This document shows, one piece after another, positions 1 through 9,832 of a DNA stretch of 64,000 bases. Position numbers and translations under genes: made by a program. The stretch is from assembly GCA_003598025.1 (NCBI GenBank), contig QZKH01000003.1, positions 170,048 to 234,047 on the forward strand. Reading direction: 5' to 3'. The notes under the pieces were generated by a model. It saw nothing but the letters and a program-made list of their open reading frames with translations. It was not told the DNA's origin and did no database searches. Origin of the DNA: Candidatus Omnitrophota bacterium (GTDB lineage Bacteria > Omnitrophota > Gorgyraeia > Gygaellales > Profunditerraquicolaceae). How positions within the stretch are numbered: position 1 is the stretch's first letter; each line of letters starts with the position of its first letter.

Positions 1-1087
1 TTATCCCTTTAGTAATATCTGCGGCATGTGCTGCTATTCTTGAAGCGATGACCCCTTCTCTTACATCCTCTGCGTCAGGATGCCTTAAATGTTCCGCAGG
101 TGTGACATAACACAGGAAATCTGCGCCAAAGCTGGCAGCCATAGCCCCTCCAATAGCTGAAGTAATGTGATCATAGCCGGCAGCAACATCCGTAACCAAC
201 GGACCAAGCACATAAAAAGGCGCATTATCGCATAATTTCTTTTGAAGTAAGATGTTTTTTTGTATCTGATCAATAGGCACATGTCCTGGCCCTTCAATCA
301 TCACCTGCACACCTTTATTTCTTGCCCTTACTGCTAATTGCCCTAAAATCTTTAGTTCTGCCAGCTGTGGTTTATCCGTTGCGTCGAATATTGAGCCTGG
401 CCGTAATCCGTCTCCCAGGCTCAATGTTACGTCGTATTCACGGGCTATATCCAGGACTTCGTCAAAATATTCATAAAATGGATTCTCTTTACCATGCTTT
501 TTTATCCAGCTTGCAAGGATGGCCCCGCCGCGGGATACGATACTCATCAGGCGAAGGTTATCTTTCAATGAACTTAAGCTTTTACGGTTTACGCCTGCAT
601 GTATGGTAAAAAAATCAACCCCCTCTTTTGCCTGCTCTGTAAGAGCGCTTAAGACGTCCTTATGGTTAAATTCCAGCAAGCCGCCGTTATATTTTTTTGC
701 GTTTACTGATATTTGATAGACAGGGACTGTTCCCACGGGTATAGGGCTTCTTTTAATGACCTCTTTTCTTATCGCCCGCAGGTCTCCTCCGACGCTTAAA
801 TCCATTATAGCGTCAGCGCCGTATTTAACGGCAATATCAAGTTTATGCAGTTCTTCTTTGATGTCAGGGGAATCGGTTGACGTGCCTATATTTGCGTTTA
901 TTTTTGTTTTTAATCCGCTGCCGATCGCACAGGGTTTTTCTATGGAATGATTTTTATTAAGAGGAATTACTGCATGCCCTTTTTTTATTTTTTCTGCGAG
1001 GAATGAGTTTGTTACGCCTTCAAAACGCGCGACTTTTTCAAGCGTAACAGACTTAATATTTTTTCTTGCGCATTCTAATAAAGTCAT
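1..1087 (-). CDS. thiC: Phosphomethylpyrimidine synthase ThiC, 3' end truncated by the window edge (ATG at 1085-1087; no stop in window, which is why it is absent from the ORF track)
   Basis: Manual minus-strand translation gives [48 protein letters not shown]...[14 protein letters not shown]...[70 protein letters not shown]. These are hallmark ThiC motifs (MIEGPGHVP; [12 protein letters not shown]; LCYVTP.EHL). The frame continues past position 1. Confidence 0.8.
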   Translation of the reverse strand, partial: MTLLECARKNIKSVTLEKVARFEGVTNSFLAEKIKKGHAVIPLNKNHSIEKPCAIGSGLKTKINANIGTSTDSPDIKEELHKLDIAVKYGADAIMDLSVGGDLRAIRKEVIKRSPIPVGTVPVYQISVNAKKYNGGLLEFNHKDVLSALTEQAKEGVDFFTIHAGVNRKSLSSLKDNLRLMSIVSRGGAILASWIKKHGKENPFYEYFDEVLDIAREYDVTLSLGDGLRPGSIFDATDKPQLAELKILGQLAVRARNKGVQVMIEGPGHVPIDQIQKNILLQKKLCDNAPFYVLGPLVTDVAAGYDHITSAIGGAMAASFGADFLCYVTPAEHLRHPDAEDVREGVIASRIAAHAADITKGI

Positions 1088-1092
1088 ATCCT

Positions 1093-1734
1093 TTAAGGCC
1101 TTTTTAAATTTTTGCCAAGTATATCTTTTAATTTTTTACCGTGATTCGCAGCTCTTACTACTGCTATACGTTTAGCTCCGTTATCAATTATTTGTCTGAT
1201 AGTATTTATGTTTATCCCCCCTATTGCAAAATAAGGAATTTGTACTAGTTTGTTGATTTCCCTTAGGGTCTTTAAGCCGATAGGCAAGGTCTTTGGTTTT
1301 GTCGGAGTAGCAAAAATCGGGCCTATCCCAATATAGTCTGCTCCTTTATTCTGCGCGCTTACTGCCTGTTTTGGGCTATGGCAGGAAATCCCGACAAGTT
1401 TCTGTTTACCTAGTATTTTCCTGGCAGCTTCTATCGGCATATCGTCTTGCCCGAGGTGCACGCCGTCACAATCAGCGATTTTAGCAATATCAATAAAATC
1501 GTTAATAATAAAAAGCTTTTTCCTGGATTTAGCAAGTTTTGAAATGCTGTTCGCATATTCCAGGACTTGCTTTTTATTTGATATTTTATCACGCAGCTGT
1601 ATTATATCGGCACCCTGCGCAATCGCGTTACCGGCTGCTCCAATTACAGAATTATTCCTGCATGTTTCTTTATCAATGACCGCATAAAGCAATGAGCTTT
1701 TTAGCAGTCTTCTTCTCGAAAGAATAGATGGCAT
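1093..1734 (-). CDS. thiE: Thiamine-phosphate synthase ThiE
   Basis: 213 aa; motifs [23 protein letters not shown] and PYFAIGGIN are typical of ThiE. Only 5 nt separate it from the thiC start. Confidence 0.85.
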   Translation of the reverse strand: MPSILSRRRLLKSSLLYAVIDKETCRNNSVIGAAGNAIAQGADIIQLRDKISNKKQVLEYANSISKLAKSRKKLFIINDFIDIAKIADCDGVHLGQDDMPIEAARKILGKQKLVGISCHSPKQAVSAQNKGADYIGIGPIFATPTKPKTLPIGLKTLREINKLVQIPYFAIGGININTIRQIIDNGAKRIAVVRAANHGKKLKDILGKNLKRP

Positions 1735-2113
1735 ATCTGATTTTTTTGAATTTAAGCGAAGTGCCTTTATCCGTAATTTTAGAAAATTCTTCTATAACCC
1801 TCGTAGATTCTTTAGCCCGTTGGATATTGGCAAAAAATACATCGGTTATATCTTTTCTTCTTAATTCGCTGCCGGTTGTTTTCTTGCCTATATCCTCTTC
1901 TATATTTCGATAACGGATCAGACGTTTATCTTTATTAATAAATGTTAACGCAGAGTCAATAGAATGCCGGATACGTTTTATCTCTGAAGTAAGAGAGCCG
2001 TCTTCTAAGATAAACCTGGCTACTTCTTCGCAGACCCTCAGGCCTTCTTTTAAGCGGTTTAAATTTGCGTCTATTATCCTTTCAATCGGTAATTTACCGG
2101 CAGCTTTTAGCAA
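1673..2113 (-). CDS. Hypothetical protein; its 3' end overlaps thiE by 62 nt (possibly a ThiE-associated N-terminal domain, see findings)
   Basis: 146-aa ORF in a different frame, overlapping the thiE start by 62 nt and the hldE-domain gene by 20 nt. No motif I can assign with confidence. Confidence 0.35.
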   Translation of the reverse strand: MLKAAGKLPIERIIDANLNRLKEGLRVCEEVARFILEDGSLTSEIKRIRHSIDSALTFINKDKRLIRYRNIEEDIGKKTTGSELRRKDITDVFFANIQRAKESTRVIEEFSKITDKGTSLKFKKIRYAIYSFEKKTAKKLIALCGH

Positions 2114-2600
2114 TTTTATTTATTATTTGGGATGTTGAACGGCCTGGAAGAAGTTTGATTGTTCTTACCCGGCCACCATAACTTTTAATAAAATCAGCGC
2201 CTACGATATTCTTTGTGCTCCAGTCAGCCCCTTTAACGAGAAAATCGGGCTTTAAGGCTTTTATCAGGTTAGCTGGTGTTTTTTCGCTGAATGTAACCAC
2301 AAAATCTACGCTTTCTAGACCTGAAATTACCCCTACTCTGTCCTTTTGATTGTTTACCGGCCTGTCCGGGCCTTTTATTTTTTTTACAGAGCTATCGGTG
2401 TTAATGCCAACTACCAGGATATCCCCGAGTTTTTTGGCTTCCTGCAGGTATTTGACGTGCCCATAATGGATGATATCAAAACAGCCATTTGTGAATACGA
2501 TAGTCTGCCCGCAGGATTTGATTTTCCTTAATATAGATTTTAACTCTGAAACACTTTTTATTTTATCTTCCAGTGTGCGCATCAGCTTTCCGTGCGGCAT
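2094..2600 (-). CDS. hldC: D-beta-D-heptose 1-phosphate adenylyltransferase (RfaE domain II / HldC, cytidylyltransferase-like)
   Basis: 168 aa; the segment IVFTNGCFDIIHYGHVKYLQEAKKLGDILVVGINTDSSVKKIKGPDRPVNNQKDRVGVISGLESVDFVVTF matches the nucleotidyltransferase HxGH core and the RfaE-II pattern. Confidence 0.75.
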   Translation of the reverse strand: MPHGKLMRTLEDKIKSVSELKSILRKIKSCGQTIVFTNGCFDIIHYGHVKYLQEAKKLGDILVVGINTDSSVKKIKGPDRPVNNQKDRVGVISGLESVDFVVTFSEKTPANLIKALKPDFLVKGADWSTKNIVGADFIKSYGGRVRTIKLLPGRSTSQIINKIAKSCR

Positions 2601-3160
2601 AATGTATGCTCAACAAGTTCGCATATTACATGGCCTATGGTTATATGTGATTCTTGTATTCTGGCAGTCACTGATGAAGGCACGATAAGCGAAACATCAG
2701 CAATCTTTGAGAGCTCTCCGCCATCGCATCCGGTAAGGGCAACGGTTTTAATCCCCATCTTCTTAGCTTGTTTTATGCCCAGGACGACATTTTTTGCCTT
2801 CCCGCTGGTTGATATGCCGATTGCTATATCATCTTTTTTACCCAAGGCCTCAATCTGTTTTGCAAATATGATGTCATAACCGTAATCATTTGCCAATGAA
2901 GTCATAACTGAAGTATTTGTTGTTAAGGCTATGGCTGAGAGCGCGGTCCGGTCTTTTTTAAACCTGCCGATGAATTCAGCAGCGATATGCTGGCTGTCGG
3001 CAGCTGAACCGCCGTTGCCGAAAATTATTACCTTGCCCCCTTTTTTCAGGGAATCAATGACGGTATCGGCAATATCTTTTATCAGGCCTATACTCGTGTG
3101 AAGCAGCTGCTCTTTTACCTGAATGCTTTCCAGAATCACATCTTTTATTTTGTCTCTCAT
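2582..3160 (-). CDS. gmhA: Phosphoheptose (sedoheptulose-7-phosphate) isomerase GmhA
   Basis: 192 aa SIS-domain protein; GNGGSAADSQHIAAEF closely matches the GmhA signature. Confidence 0.85.
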   Translation of the reverse strand: MRDKIKDVILESIQVKEQLLHTSIGLIKDIADTVIDSLKKGGKVIIFGNGGSAADSQHIAAEFIGRFKKDRTALSAIALTTNTSVMTSLANDYGYDIIFAKQIEALGKKDDIAIGISTSGKAKNVVLGIKQAKKMGIKTVALTGCDGGELSKIADVSLIVPSSVTARIQESHITIGHVICELVEHTLCRTES

Positions 3161-3172
3161 TTTATCCCCTTT

Positions 3173-4204
3173 TTAACCAAAAAATACTTTGGCGATTTCA
3201 TAAAATTCATCATCGACGGTTTTTAATGCGCTGACTGCTTTTTCTAAGGGAACGTCAACAATTTTGTTTCCTGCAAGCGCAACCATCTTACCGAAATCTT
3301 TTTTCATTATTAACTCAACTGCTTTAACGCCCATACGCGTGCCTAATACCCTGTCGAATGCTGTAGGCGTGCCGCCTCTTTGTATGTGGCCTAGTACGCT
3401 TACCCTGGTTTCGTAACCTGTCCGTGATTCGATCTCTTTTGCCAGGATTTCGCCGATGCCCCCGAGGCGAACATGGCCGAATGCATCAAGTTTTTCTTCT
3501 TTTAGAACCATGTCTTTTTCTTTGAATTGAGCTCCCTCGGCTACAACAACGATGCTAAAGGTTTTGCCGCGGCCATGCCTTCTTTTTATAATGTCGCAGA
3601 CTTCATCCATATCGATGGGTTTTTCAGGTATAAGTATAACATCGGCGCCCCCTGCCATTCCCGATTCGATAGCTATCCAACCCGCATGCCTGCCCATGAC
3701 TTCGACAACCATGATACGGTGATGGCTTTCAGCGGTAGTATGAAGCCTGTCAATGCATTCAGTGGCAATGTTAAGCGCGGTATCGAATCCAAAAGTATAA
3801 TCTGTGCAGGAAAGGTCGTTGTCTATTGTTTTGGGCACGCCTACTATATTCTTTATCCCATTCTTAATCAGCTTGGATGCTGCCCCCAGCGTATCCTCTC
3901 CGCCAACGGCTACTAAAGCATACAAACCCAGTTTCTTAAAATTATCCTGGACCTTTTTTAAATCTTCAGGTTTCTTAAAAGGGTTTGTGCGGCTTGTGCC
4001 TAAGATCGTGCCGCCTTTTGGAAGGATTCCTGAGACAGCTGTCAGGTCCAGTTTCATAGTATCATTTTCAACAAGCCCCTTCCAGCCGTTTTTTATGCCG
4101 ATGATTTCGTATCCTTCAATCAATGATTTCCTGACTACAGCCCTTATGACAGGGTTTAACCCCGGGCAATCTCCTCCGCCTGTAAGTATACCGATTCTCT
4201 CCAT
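3173..4204 (-). CDS. pfp: 6-phosphofructokinase, PfkA family, probably PPi-dependent
   Basis: 343 aa; MERIGILTGGGDCPGLN; GGEDT plus PKTIDND (Asp and Lys at the positions that separate PPi-PFK from ATP-PFK, which has GGDGS and PGTIDND). Confidence 0.75.
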   Translation of the reverse strand: MERIGILTGGGDCPGLNPVIRAVVRKSLIEGYEIIGIKNGWKGLVENDTMKLDLTAVSGILPKGGTILGTSRTNPFKKPEDLKKVQDNFKKLGLYALVAVGGEDTLGAASKLIKNGIKNIVGVPKTIDNDLSCTDYTFGFDTALNIATECIDRLHTTAESHHRIMVVEVMGRHAGWIAIESGMAGGADVILIPEKPIDMDEVCDIIKRRHGRGKTFSIVVVAEGAQFKEKDMVLKEEKLDAFGHVRLGGIGEILAKEIESRTGYETRVSVLGHIQRGGTPTAFDRVLGTRMGVKAVELIMKKDFGKMVALAGNKIVDVPLEKAVSALKTVDDEFYEIAKVFFG

Positions 4205-4243
4205 GAATTTCCTCCCTTGATTTTTTAAAGTTGTGCCTATTAT

Positions 4244-4846
4244 CTATCTGCTGTTGTAGGTGCTGAAGGGGACAATAGTAGGCTCTTTATCAGCGTCCCG
4301 CCTTCTTTTTTCTTCAACTGATATTATTTTTGCGATATGGATTTTGGTAACGATCTCTTCCTCTATTCCCAGTACTTCCTGCAGCTTAGCTTTAGTCATA
4401 TCTTGAAGCCTCTGGGTAAGATCAGGTATGTTTGCTTCTGATTTCAATATTACACGCAGGTCAACTATAAGGCTTCCTTTTTTAGTGGCTATTACATCCG
4501 GCCTCAGCTCTTTGATCTCAGGCAAGAAAACAGAAAGCCTTCTGATGAGGTCTTCGACTGCTGAAAGCGAAATAGTTACCTGGCCGGACTGGGTTGTAAA
4601 AGCTATAGTTTTTTCCCTCTGAAGCCTGCCGATTATAAGCTGAGCGAAAGAAAGGCAGACCAGTATCAGGAGAAGGCCTGAAAGGCCGAATATTACCCTT
4701 GAATCCATGTTCAACGCTACTAATGATAAGAAATCAATTATCCTGTCTAGATGCAGGATATTCAGGGAAAAGGCGATCATTGTGATTCCTATGATGGTAA
4801 GGACAACAGAATAAAATAATATTCCTAGAATTGTGAATATTCTCAT
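4244..4846 (-). CDS. Membrane protein resembling the alkaline-shock membrane anchor AmaP
   Basis: 200 aa; N-terminal transmembrane segments followed by a charged C-terminal domain. It sits directly upstream of an Asp23-family gene, the conserved AmaP-Asp23 arrangement. Confidence 0.45.
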   Translation of the reverse strand: MRIFTILGILFYSVVLTIIGITMIAFSLNILHLDRIIDFLSLVALNMDSRVIFGLSGLLLILVCLSFAQLIIGRLQREKTIAFTTQSGQVTISLSAVEDLIRRLSVFLPEIKELRPDVIATKKGSLIVDLRVILKSEANIPDLTQRLQDMTKAKLQEVLGIEEEIVTKIHIAKIISVEEKRRRDADKEPTIVPFSTYNSR

Positions 4847-4912
4847 ATTGCCTCCGCTTTTTATAAATTTTTTATAATTCCCAGGAAGCAGCCTGTTAAA
4901 ACAGGCTAAACT

Positions 4913-5266
4913 TCACTTTTCAATCCCCTGAACACTGATATTGATATCTTTGATGTCAAGGCTGGTCATTTTTTCCAATGCTGTTCTTACGTTCTCTTGG
5001 ACTTTATCTGCCACTTCAGGGATGTTGTAACCGTATTTTATCACCAGGGGTAAAGTTATGCGGGCTTCTTCGTTCTTATCAAATTCAACCTTGATAGCGA
5101 AATTAGCGGATTTCCCGATTATGCCCAGGATACCGCTGGCAAGGTTGCCTCCGACTCTTTTTACGCCTTCTATCTCGATGGCTGCGATGGCTGCGATGGA
5201 AGCCACGACATTTCTATGTATTTTAACGATACCTGAATCTGATTGCTTACTGTCTCTGTTCATCAT
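4913..5266 (-). CDS. Asp23/Gls24-family alkaline shock protein
   Basis: 117 aa; [22 protein letters not shown]...[15 protein letters not shown] matches the Asp23 family pattern. Confidence 0.7.
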   Translation of the reverse strand: MMNRDSKQSDSGIVKIHRNVVASIAAIAAIEIEGVKRVGGNLASGILGIIGKSANFAIKVEFDKNEEARITLPLVIKYGYNIPEVADKVQENVRTALEKMTSLDIKDINISVQGIEK

Positions 5267-6621
5267 TCCTCCGAGGCCTCATCTTTTAACAGGTCCTGTA
5301 CAAAATGCGTAGAAGTCTCACCTTTGACAAAAAGCGGATTATCCAGAAGCTGTCTATGGAAAGGAATAGTAGTCTTAATTGGTGAAACCGTAAATTCACT
5401 TAAGGCCCTTTGCATTGTTTTAATCGCTTCCTGCCTGTTAATGCCGAAAGTAATAACTTTTGCGACCAAAGAGTCATAATAAGGAGAGATTTTATAACCA
5501 GGATAAATATGCGTATCTACCCTTACACCGGGCCCGCCGGGCAGAATAAGTGTCTCGATTTTACCGGGACAGGGCAGGAAATTATTTTCATAGTCTTCGG
5601 CATTTATCCTACATTCAATGGCAGCCCCTTTTACCTGGACGTCTTCCTGCTGGATATTGAGCTTTTCACCGGATGCGATCTTTATCTGCTGTTTTATAAG
5701 ATCAATACCCGTTACCAGCTCTGTTACCGGATGCTCGACTTGAATGCGTGTATTCATTTCCATGAAGTAAAAATTCTGGTTGCTGTCTACGAGAAATTCT
5801 ATCGTCCCTGCGCTGGAGTAATTAGCGCTTTTAGCGCCTTTAACCGCTAATTCACCAAGCCTCTTGCGTAATTTATTATTTATGGCCGGGGATGGCGACT
5901 CTTCCAGGAGTTTTTGGTGCCTTCTTTGTATGCTGCAGTCCCTTTCTCCGAGGTGGATTACCCTGCCGTATTTATCCGCTAATATCTGTATCTCCACATG
6001 GCGCGGGTTTTTTATGTATTTTTCGATGTAAACCGCCGGATTGCCGAAATTTGCCTCAGCTTCCTGCTGGGCAACCATAAAACTGCTGATAAGCTTAATA
6101 TCATTATGGCATATACGCATGCCTTTGCCGCCGCCGCCGGCGGAAGCTTTTATGATGACAGGGTAGCCTATTCTTTTTGCAATTTTTAGGGCTTCTTCTT
6201 TTGTTTTTACTACGGAGGTGCTTCCGGGCACTATCGGGACATTTGCTTTTTCCATTAACAGCCGGGCATTCATTTTATCTCCCATCATACGTATGCTTTC
6301 CGGAGATGGCCCGATGAAAGTTATCTGGCATGATTCGCAGATCTCTGCAAAATGTGCATTCTCAGCTAAAAACCCATATCCTGGGTGGATAGCTTCTACA
6401 TCCGTGATTTCAGCTGCGCTTATTATGGCGGGAATATTAAGATAGCTGTTAATACTTTGAGCTTGCCCTATACATATGGCTTCGTCAGCAAAACGAACGT
6501 GCAGGGATTCCCGGTCAGCTTCTGAATATACAGCTACAGTGCGTATGCCCAGTTCTTTAGCTGCCCTTATAATCCTTAAGGCTATTTCGCCGCGATTGGC
6601 TATTAATATTTTTGAAAACAT
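5263..6621 (-). CDS. accC: Acetyl-CoA carboxylase, biotin carboxylase subunit
   Basis: 452 aa; [20 protein letters not shown]...; ATP-grasp motifs; start overlaps the Asp23 stop by 4 nt. Confidence 0.9.
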   Translation of the reverse strand: MFSKILIANRGEIALRIIRAAKELGIRTVAVYSEADRESLHVRFADEAICIGQAQSINSYLNIPAIISAAEITDVEAIHPGYGFLAENAHFAEICESCQITFIGPSPESIRMMGDKMNARLLMEKANVPIVPGSTSVVKTKEEALKIAKRIGYPVIIKASAGGGGKGMRICHNDIKLISSFMVAQQEAEANFGNPAVYIEKYIKNPRHVEIQILADKYGRVIHLGERDCSIQRRHQKLLEESPSPAINNKLRKRLGELAVKGAKSANYSSAGTIEFLVDSNQNFYFMEMNTRIQVEHPVTELVTGIDLIKQQIKIASGEKLNIQQEDVQVKGAAIECRINAEDYENNFLPCPGKIETLILPGGPGVRVDTHIYPGYKISPYYDSLVAKVITFGINRQEAIKTMQRALSEFTVSPIKTTIPFHRQLLDNPLFVKGETSTHFVQDLLKDEASEE

Positions 6622-6658
6622 AGTTCTTAATGCTGTATGGGTACTTCTAACTTTTATA

Positions 6659-7111
6659 TTATACCGCTTCTATCAAAAACATCGGCTGTCCAAACTCAAC
6701 CGGCTCAGCATTATCTGCAAGTATTTCTATGATTTTTCCTTTTATCTCGGATTTTATTTCATTCATAAGTTTCATAGCTTCAATTATACAAATAACCTGC
6801 CCCGGCTCTATGACCTGTCCGACCTCAACATAAGGAGGGGCTTCCGGTGATGGTGCCCTGTAGAATGTGCCAACCATGGGTGCTTTTATTTCGATGGAGT
6901 TAGGGTTTTCCTTCTCCGTTATTTCCGAAACAGCCTTTGCGGCAGGCTGTACAATCCTTTCTTTCTCAATCAGTATCTGGGATTGCATATTTTCTCCTGC
7001 GGGAGAACTCTTTTTGAGCCTTATGCGCATCCCGTCTTTTTCAATCTCCATCTCCATCAGGGAATTCTCATTCATCAGGTTAATCATTTCTTTAATCTCT
7101 TTTATATTCAT
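6659..7111 (-). CDS. accB: Biotin carboxyl carrier protein
   Basis: 150 aa; C-terminal biotinyl domain with the EAMKLMNEI motif (biotinyl lysine). Confidence 0.85.
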   Translation of the reverse strand: MNIKEIKEMINLMNENSLMEMEIEKDGMRIRLKKSSPAGENMQSQILIEKERIVQPAAKAVSEITEKENPNSIEIKAPMVGTFYRAPSPEAPPYVEVGQVIEPGQVICIIEAMKLMNEIKSEIKGKIIEILADNAEPVEFGQPMFLIEAV

Positions 7112-7141
7112 CAGTTACCCCTTTTTTATGCTTTTCGAATC

Positions 7142-7702
7142 CTATGCCCTCTCTATGTATTCTCCGGTCCGGGTATCTACCCTGATTACATCCCCGGGAT
7201 TAACAAAGAGAGGTACTTGTATAGTTGCTCCAGTCTCAATCGTAGCAGGTTTTGTCCCGCTTTTGGCTGTATCTCCTTTGATGCCCGGTTCAGTGTGAGT
7301 CACTAAGAAATTAATAAAAAAAGGAAGAATTATATTGAGAACCTCTCCTTCATAAAAAGAGGCGTTTAATTCGCTGTTTTCTTTAAGGAATTTCTTTTTT
7401 TGCCCGACGACTTCCTCAGATATGGCTATGTCTTCAAAATTTTCCTGGTCCATAAAATGGTAAGTATTGCCTGAAGAATATAGATACTGCAGTTTTCTTT
7501 CTTCAATAAAGGCGGGGTCAATTTTTTCGTCTCCCCTGAATGTCCTCTCCTGGATCAGGTCATTTTTCAAGTTTTTTATTTTTACGCGGACAAAGGCCGC
7601 TCCCTTGCCTGGTTTTACGTGTTGGGCGTCTGTGACCAGGTAAGGTAATCCGTCTACCAGTATAGTTAAGCCTGATTTTATGTCATTTATCGATAGAGCC
7701 AC
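7142..7702 (-). CDS. efp: Elongation factor P
   Basis: 186 aa; KPGKGAAFVRVKIKNL (beta-lysylation loop KPGKG) is the EF-P signature. Confidence 0.9.
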   Translation of the reverse strand: MALSINDIKSGLTILVDGLPYLVTDAQHVKPGKGAAFVRVKIKNLKNDLIQERTFRGDEKIDPAFIEERKLQYLYSSGNTYHFMDQENFEDIAISEEVVGQKKKFLKENSELNASFYEGEVLNIILPFFINFLVTHTEPGIKGDTAKSGTKPATIETGATIQVPLFVNPGDVIRVDTRTGEYIERA

Positions 7703-8756
7703 TTAAAACCTCACATCCTTTCTTGGTAACCACAACCATGTCTTCTATTCTTATTCCGAATTTTCCGGGAAGGTATATGCCGGGTTCAATAGTAAATACC
7801 ATGCCTGGCTGCAGGCGAATTTTGTTATTGGCAGTGATGTTAGGCGCTTCGTGGACCTCTAGCCCCACTCCGTGTCCTAAGCTGTGCCCAAAAAAACCGC
7901 CATACCCATTATTGGCTATATGCTGGCGGGCTGCCTGATCTATTTCCTTTATACTGATTCCTGGCCTGACCTTCTTGATCGCTAATTCCTGAGCCTCAAG
8001 TACTATTTTATAAACCTTTCTTACAAGAGGAGTTATTTTACCCAAAAAGAAAACCCTTGTCAAGTCGCAATTATAACCTTTATATCTTGACCCTAAATCT
8101 ATCAGAAGAGGTTGATTTGCCTTGATTTTTGAACTTGAAGTAATGTGGTGCGGGTAGCTGGCGTTGCTTCCAGAAGCAACGATTATATTGAAACTCGAGC
8201 TTTCTGCGCCATGAAAACGTATAAACTGCTCTATTATACCGGATATTTCTAGCTCGGTTTTTCCGGCTTTAAGTTCCTTTGTTATGGATTTTAAGGCGTT
8301 GCCGGTTATAGCTAAGGCATCCCTTATAAGGCTAATCTCTGTCTCAGTTTTTATTATTCTTTCATTTTCTATTAACCCGGCAACTGCTTTAAGCCGGATC
8401 TCATTTTGGAATTCATTAACAAGCGATTCGTATTGTCCGTACGTTGTATAATTTTTCTCAAAACCGACTGACTTTATTTGAAGCTGGTTACAGTATTCTT
8501 TTATGCCGGGAAACAGCCTGCCTTTTATATCTATGATTTTTGCTATTCCTTTTAATGCAGCTGCCGCCTCCTGCGTGTATCTGGAATCGGTGAAATAGCA
8601 ATTTGCCTTAGCAGATGCCAGAAGCATAGAGTCCCTGCTGGGATAGCCTGTAAGGTATTCAATATTGCAGTTCGATGTCACCAAAAGAGCGCCGACTTTC
8701 TCAAATCGCAGTTTTTTGTATATATTATTTAATCTTTTGCTGCAGCTTGTTTTCAT
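7683..8756 (-). CDS. pepP: M24-family Xaa-Pro aminopeptidase (PepP-like)
   Basis: 357 aa; creatinase-N-like N-terminus and a pita-bread C-terminus with the [11 protein letters not shown] metal-binding motif. Confidence 0.75.
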   Translation of the reverse strand: MKTSCSKRLNNIYKKLRFEKVGALLVTSNCNIEYLTGYPSRDSMLLASAKANCYFTDSRYTQEAAAALKGIAKIIDIKGRLFPGIKEYCNQLQIKSVGFEKNYTTYGQYESLVNEFQNEIRLKAVAGLIENERIIKTETEISLIRDALAITGNALKSITKELKAGKTELEISGIIEQFIRFHGAESSSFNIIVASGSNASYPHHITSSSKIKANQPLLIDLGSRYKGYNCDLTRVFFLGKITPLVRKVYKIVLEAQELAIKKVRPGISIKEIDQAARQHIANNGYGGFFGHSLGHGVGLEVHEAPNITANNKIRLQPGMVFTIEPGIYLPGKFGIRIEDMVVVTKKGCEVLSGSIDK

Positions 8757-9211
8757 TTAAAGAGATTGATTATGGCTTTCAGGCCCAGTATGTAGCTATG
8801 CATCCCAAAACCCATGATAGTGCCTTTGGCAACCGGGCTGATTAAGGATTTATGCCTGAAGTCTTCCCTCGCGTAAATATTAGAAAGGTGGACTTCAATC
8901 GCCGGCAGCCCACAGCCGGCGATAGCATCTCTTATTGCTACGCTGGTATGGGTATAGGCGGCAGGATTAATCAAAATTGCATTAAATTTTTGCTTGCTTT
9001 TTCCTATCAGGTCTACAATCTCGCCTTCGTGGTTAGATTGTTTTATTATCAAACCGATTTTATTTTTATCCGCTATTTTCTTAAGCTCGCTGTTTATCTT
9101 AGCCAGGGTCACCCTTCCGTAAACCTCGGGTTCTCTTTTGCCAAGCAGGTTTAAATTTGGGCCATGAATAACTAGTATTTTTTTCATAAGATTATCCTTC
9201 TGCTTCGTCAA
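8753..9211 (-). CDS. aroQ: 3-dehydroquinate dehydratase, type II
   Basis: 152 aa; [21 protein letters not shown]...[13 protein letters not shown] is the canonical type II DHQase. Confidence 0.9.
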   Translation of the reverse strand: MTKQKDNLMKKILVIHGPNLNLLGKREPEVYGRVTLAKINSELKKIADKNKIGLIIKQSNHEGEIVDLIGKSKQKFNAILINPAAYTHTSVAIRDAIAGCGLPAIEVHLSNIYAREDFRHKSLISPVAKGTIMGFGMHSYILGLKAIINLFK

Positions 9212-9347
9212 CTAACATAACCGGTACACCGTTCTTAACAGGATATTTTTTCCCGCAACCCTTGCATACGATTTTATCGTTATTCAACGTAACATCTGAA
9301 CCGCATGCAGGGCATGCAAGCATATCCAAAAGTTCTTTATCTATCAT
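9192..9347 (-). CDS. Trm112/YcaR-family small zinc-ribbon protein (not in the ORF track)
   Basis: Manual translation: [51 protein letters not shown] (51 aa) with two CPxCG/CxGC pairs. Its start overlaps the stop of the upstream gene in an ATGA arrangement, and its 3' end overlaps the aroQ start by about 20 nt. Confidence 0.6.
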   Translation of the reverse strand: MIDKELLDMLACPACGSDVTLNNDKIVCKGCGKKYPVKNGVPVMLVDEAEG

Positions 9348-9694
9348 TTATTTTCTCCCTGTGCCTGGGAAGCGTAGTTGATCTTTAGCTCATAAACAAC
9401 GTTTTCGATGAGATTAGTTTCCTCCTCATTAAGATTGCCTTTTGTCTTATCTTTTAGCATGCTAAGAGTATCAATTATAAATTTAGCCTGATTTAAGTCA
9501 ACTTCCTTCTTTGAGGTAGAAGGGTTATCTATAAGGCCCAGGGCGATAGATGCCTGTATACCTAAAGTGGTTACGAAGAATTTAAAGTCAGGTTCAGGCA
9601 GCTTAAAATTTTCTTTATTTTTCAGCTCTTCTTTCTCCTGGCTGGCTTTTTCTTTCCAGCTCTCATCTACATTCTTATTTGAATCGTCCATCAA
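9344..9694 (-). CDS. DUF1844-family protein
   Basis: 116 aa; acidic N-terminus, then the ...FVTTLGIQASIALG...FIIDTLSMLKDKTKGNL... pattern I recognise from DUF1844 proteins. Confidence 0.5.
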   Translation of the reverse strand: MMDDSNKNVDESWKEKASQEKEELKNKENFKLPEPDFKFFVTTLGIQASIALGLIDNPSTSKKEVDLNQAKFIIDTLSMLKDKTKGNLNEEETNLIENVVYELKINYASQAQGENK

Positions 9695-9832
9695 TAACTC
9701 CTTTCATTTGATTTGAGTTAAAGGTTTATACGCTGGCGGCAACAAAACCGTACCTTTCAAGGTGTGAATGTAGTTTGTCCGCTCAGTATTTCGCTCCAAA
9801 GAACCTCGGACTAAAGCCTGAGGAGCCCCATT

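Noticed and set aside
322-950. Plus-strand ORFs (322-609, 519-716, 756-950) and the minus ORF 85-297 inside the thiC region
   Set aside because: All lie within or antisense to the clearly coding thiC frame, which carries canonical ThiC motifs end to end. They are shadow ORFs.
1088-2113. TPP riboswitch upstream of thiE/thiC
   Set aside because: There is no intergenic space: genes abut or overlap from gmhA through thiC, and no THI-box-like CUGAGA motif was seen.
3527-4220. Plus-strand ORFs 3527-3916 and 3804-4220 antisense to the PFK gene, and many similar plus-strand ORFs throughout (e.g. 5410-5850, 14552-14935, 18639-19118, 29140-29643, 57023-57472)
   Set aside because: Every credible, motif-bearing gene in the window is on the minus strand. 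These plus-strand ORFs have low-complexity or odd composition, no recognisable motifs, and completely overlap strong genes.
9695-9832. tRNA or SRP/6S RNA in the DUF1844 upstream spacer
   Set aside because: No T-loop GTTCRA motif, no cloverleaf-compatible pairing, and no match to the SRP domain IV consensus by eye. Left as an unclassified leader.
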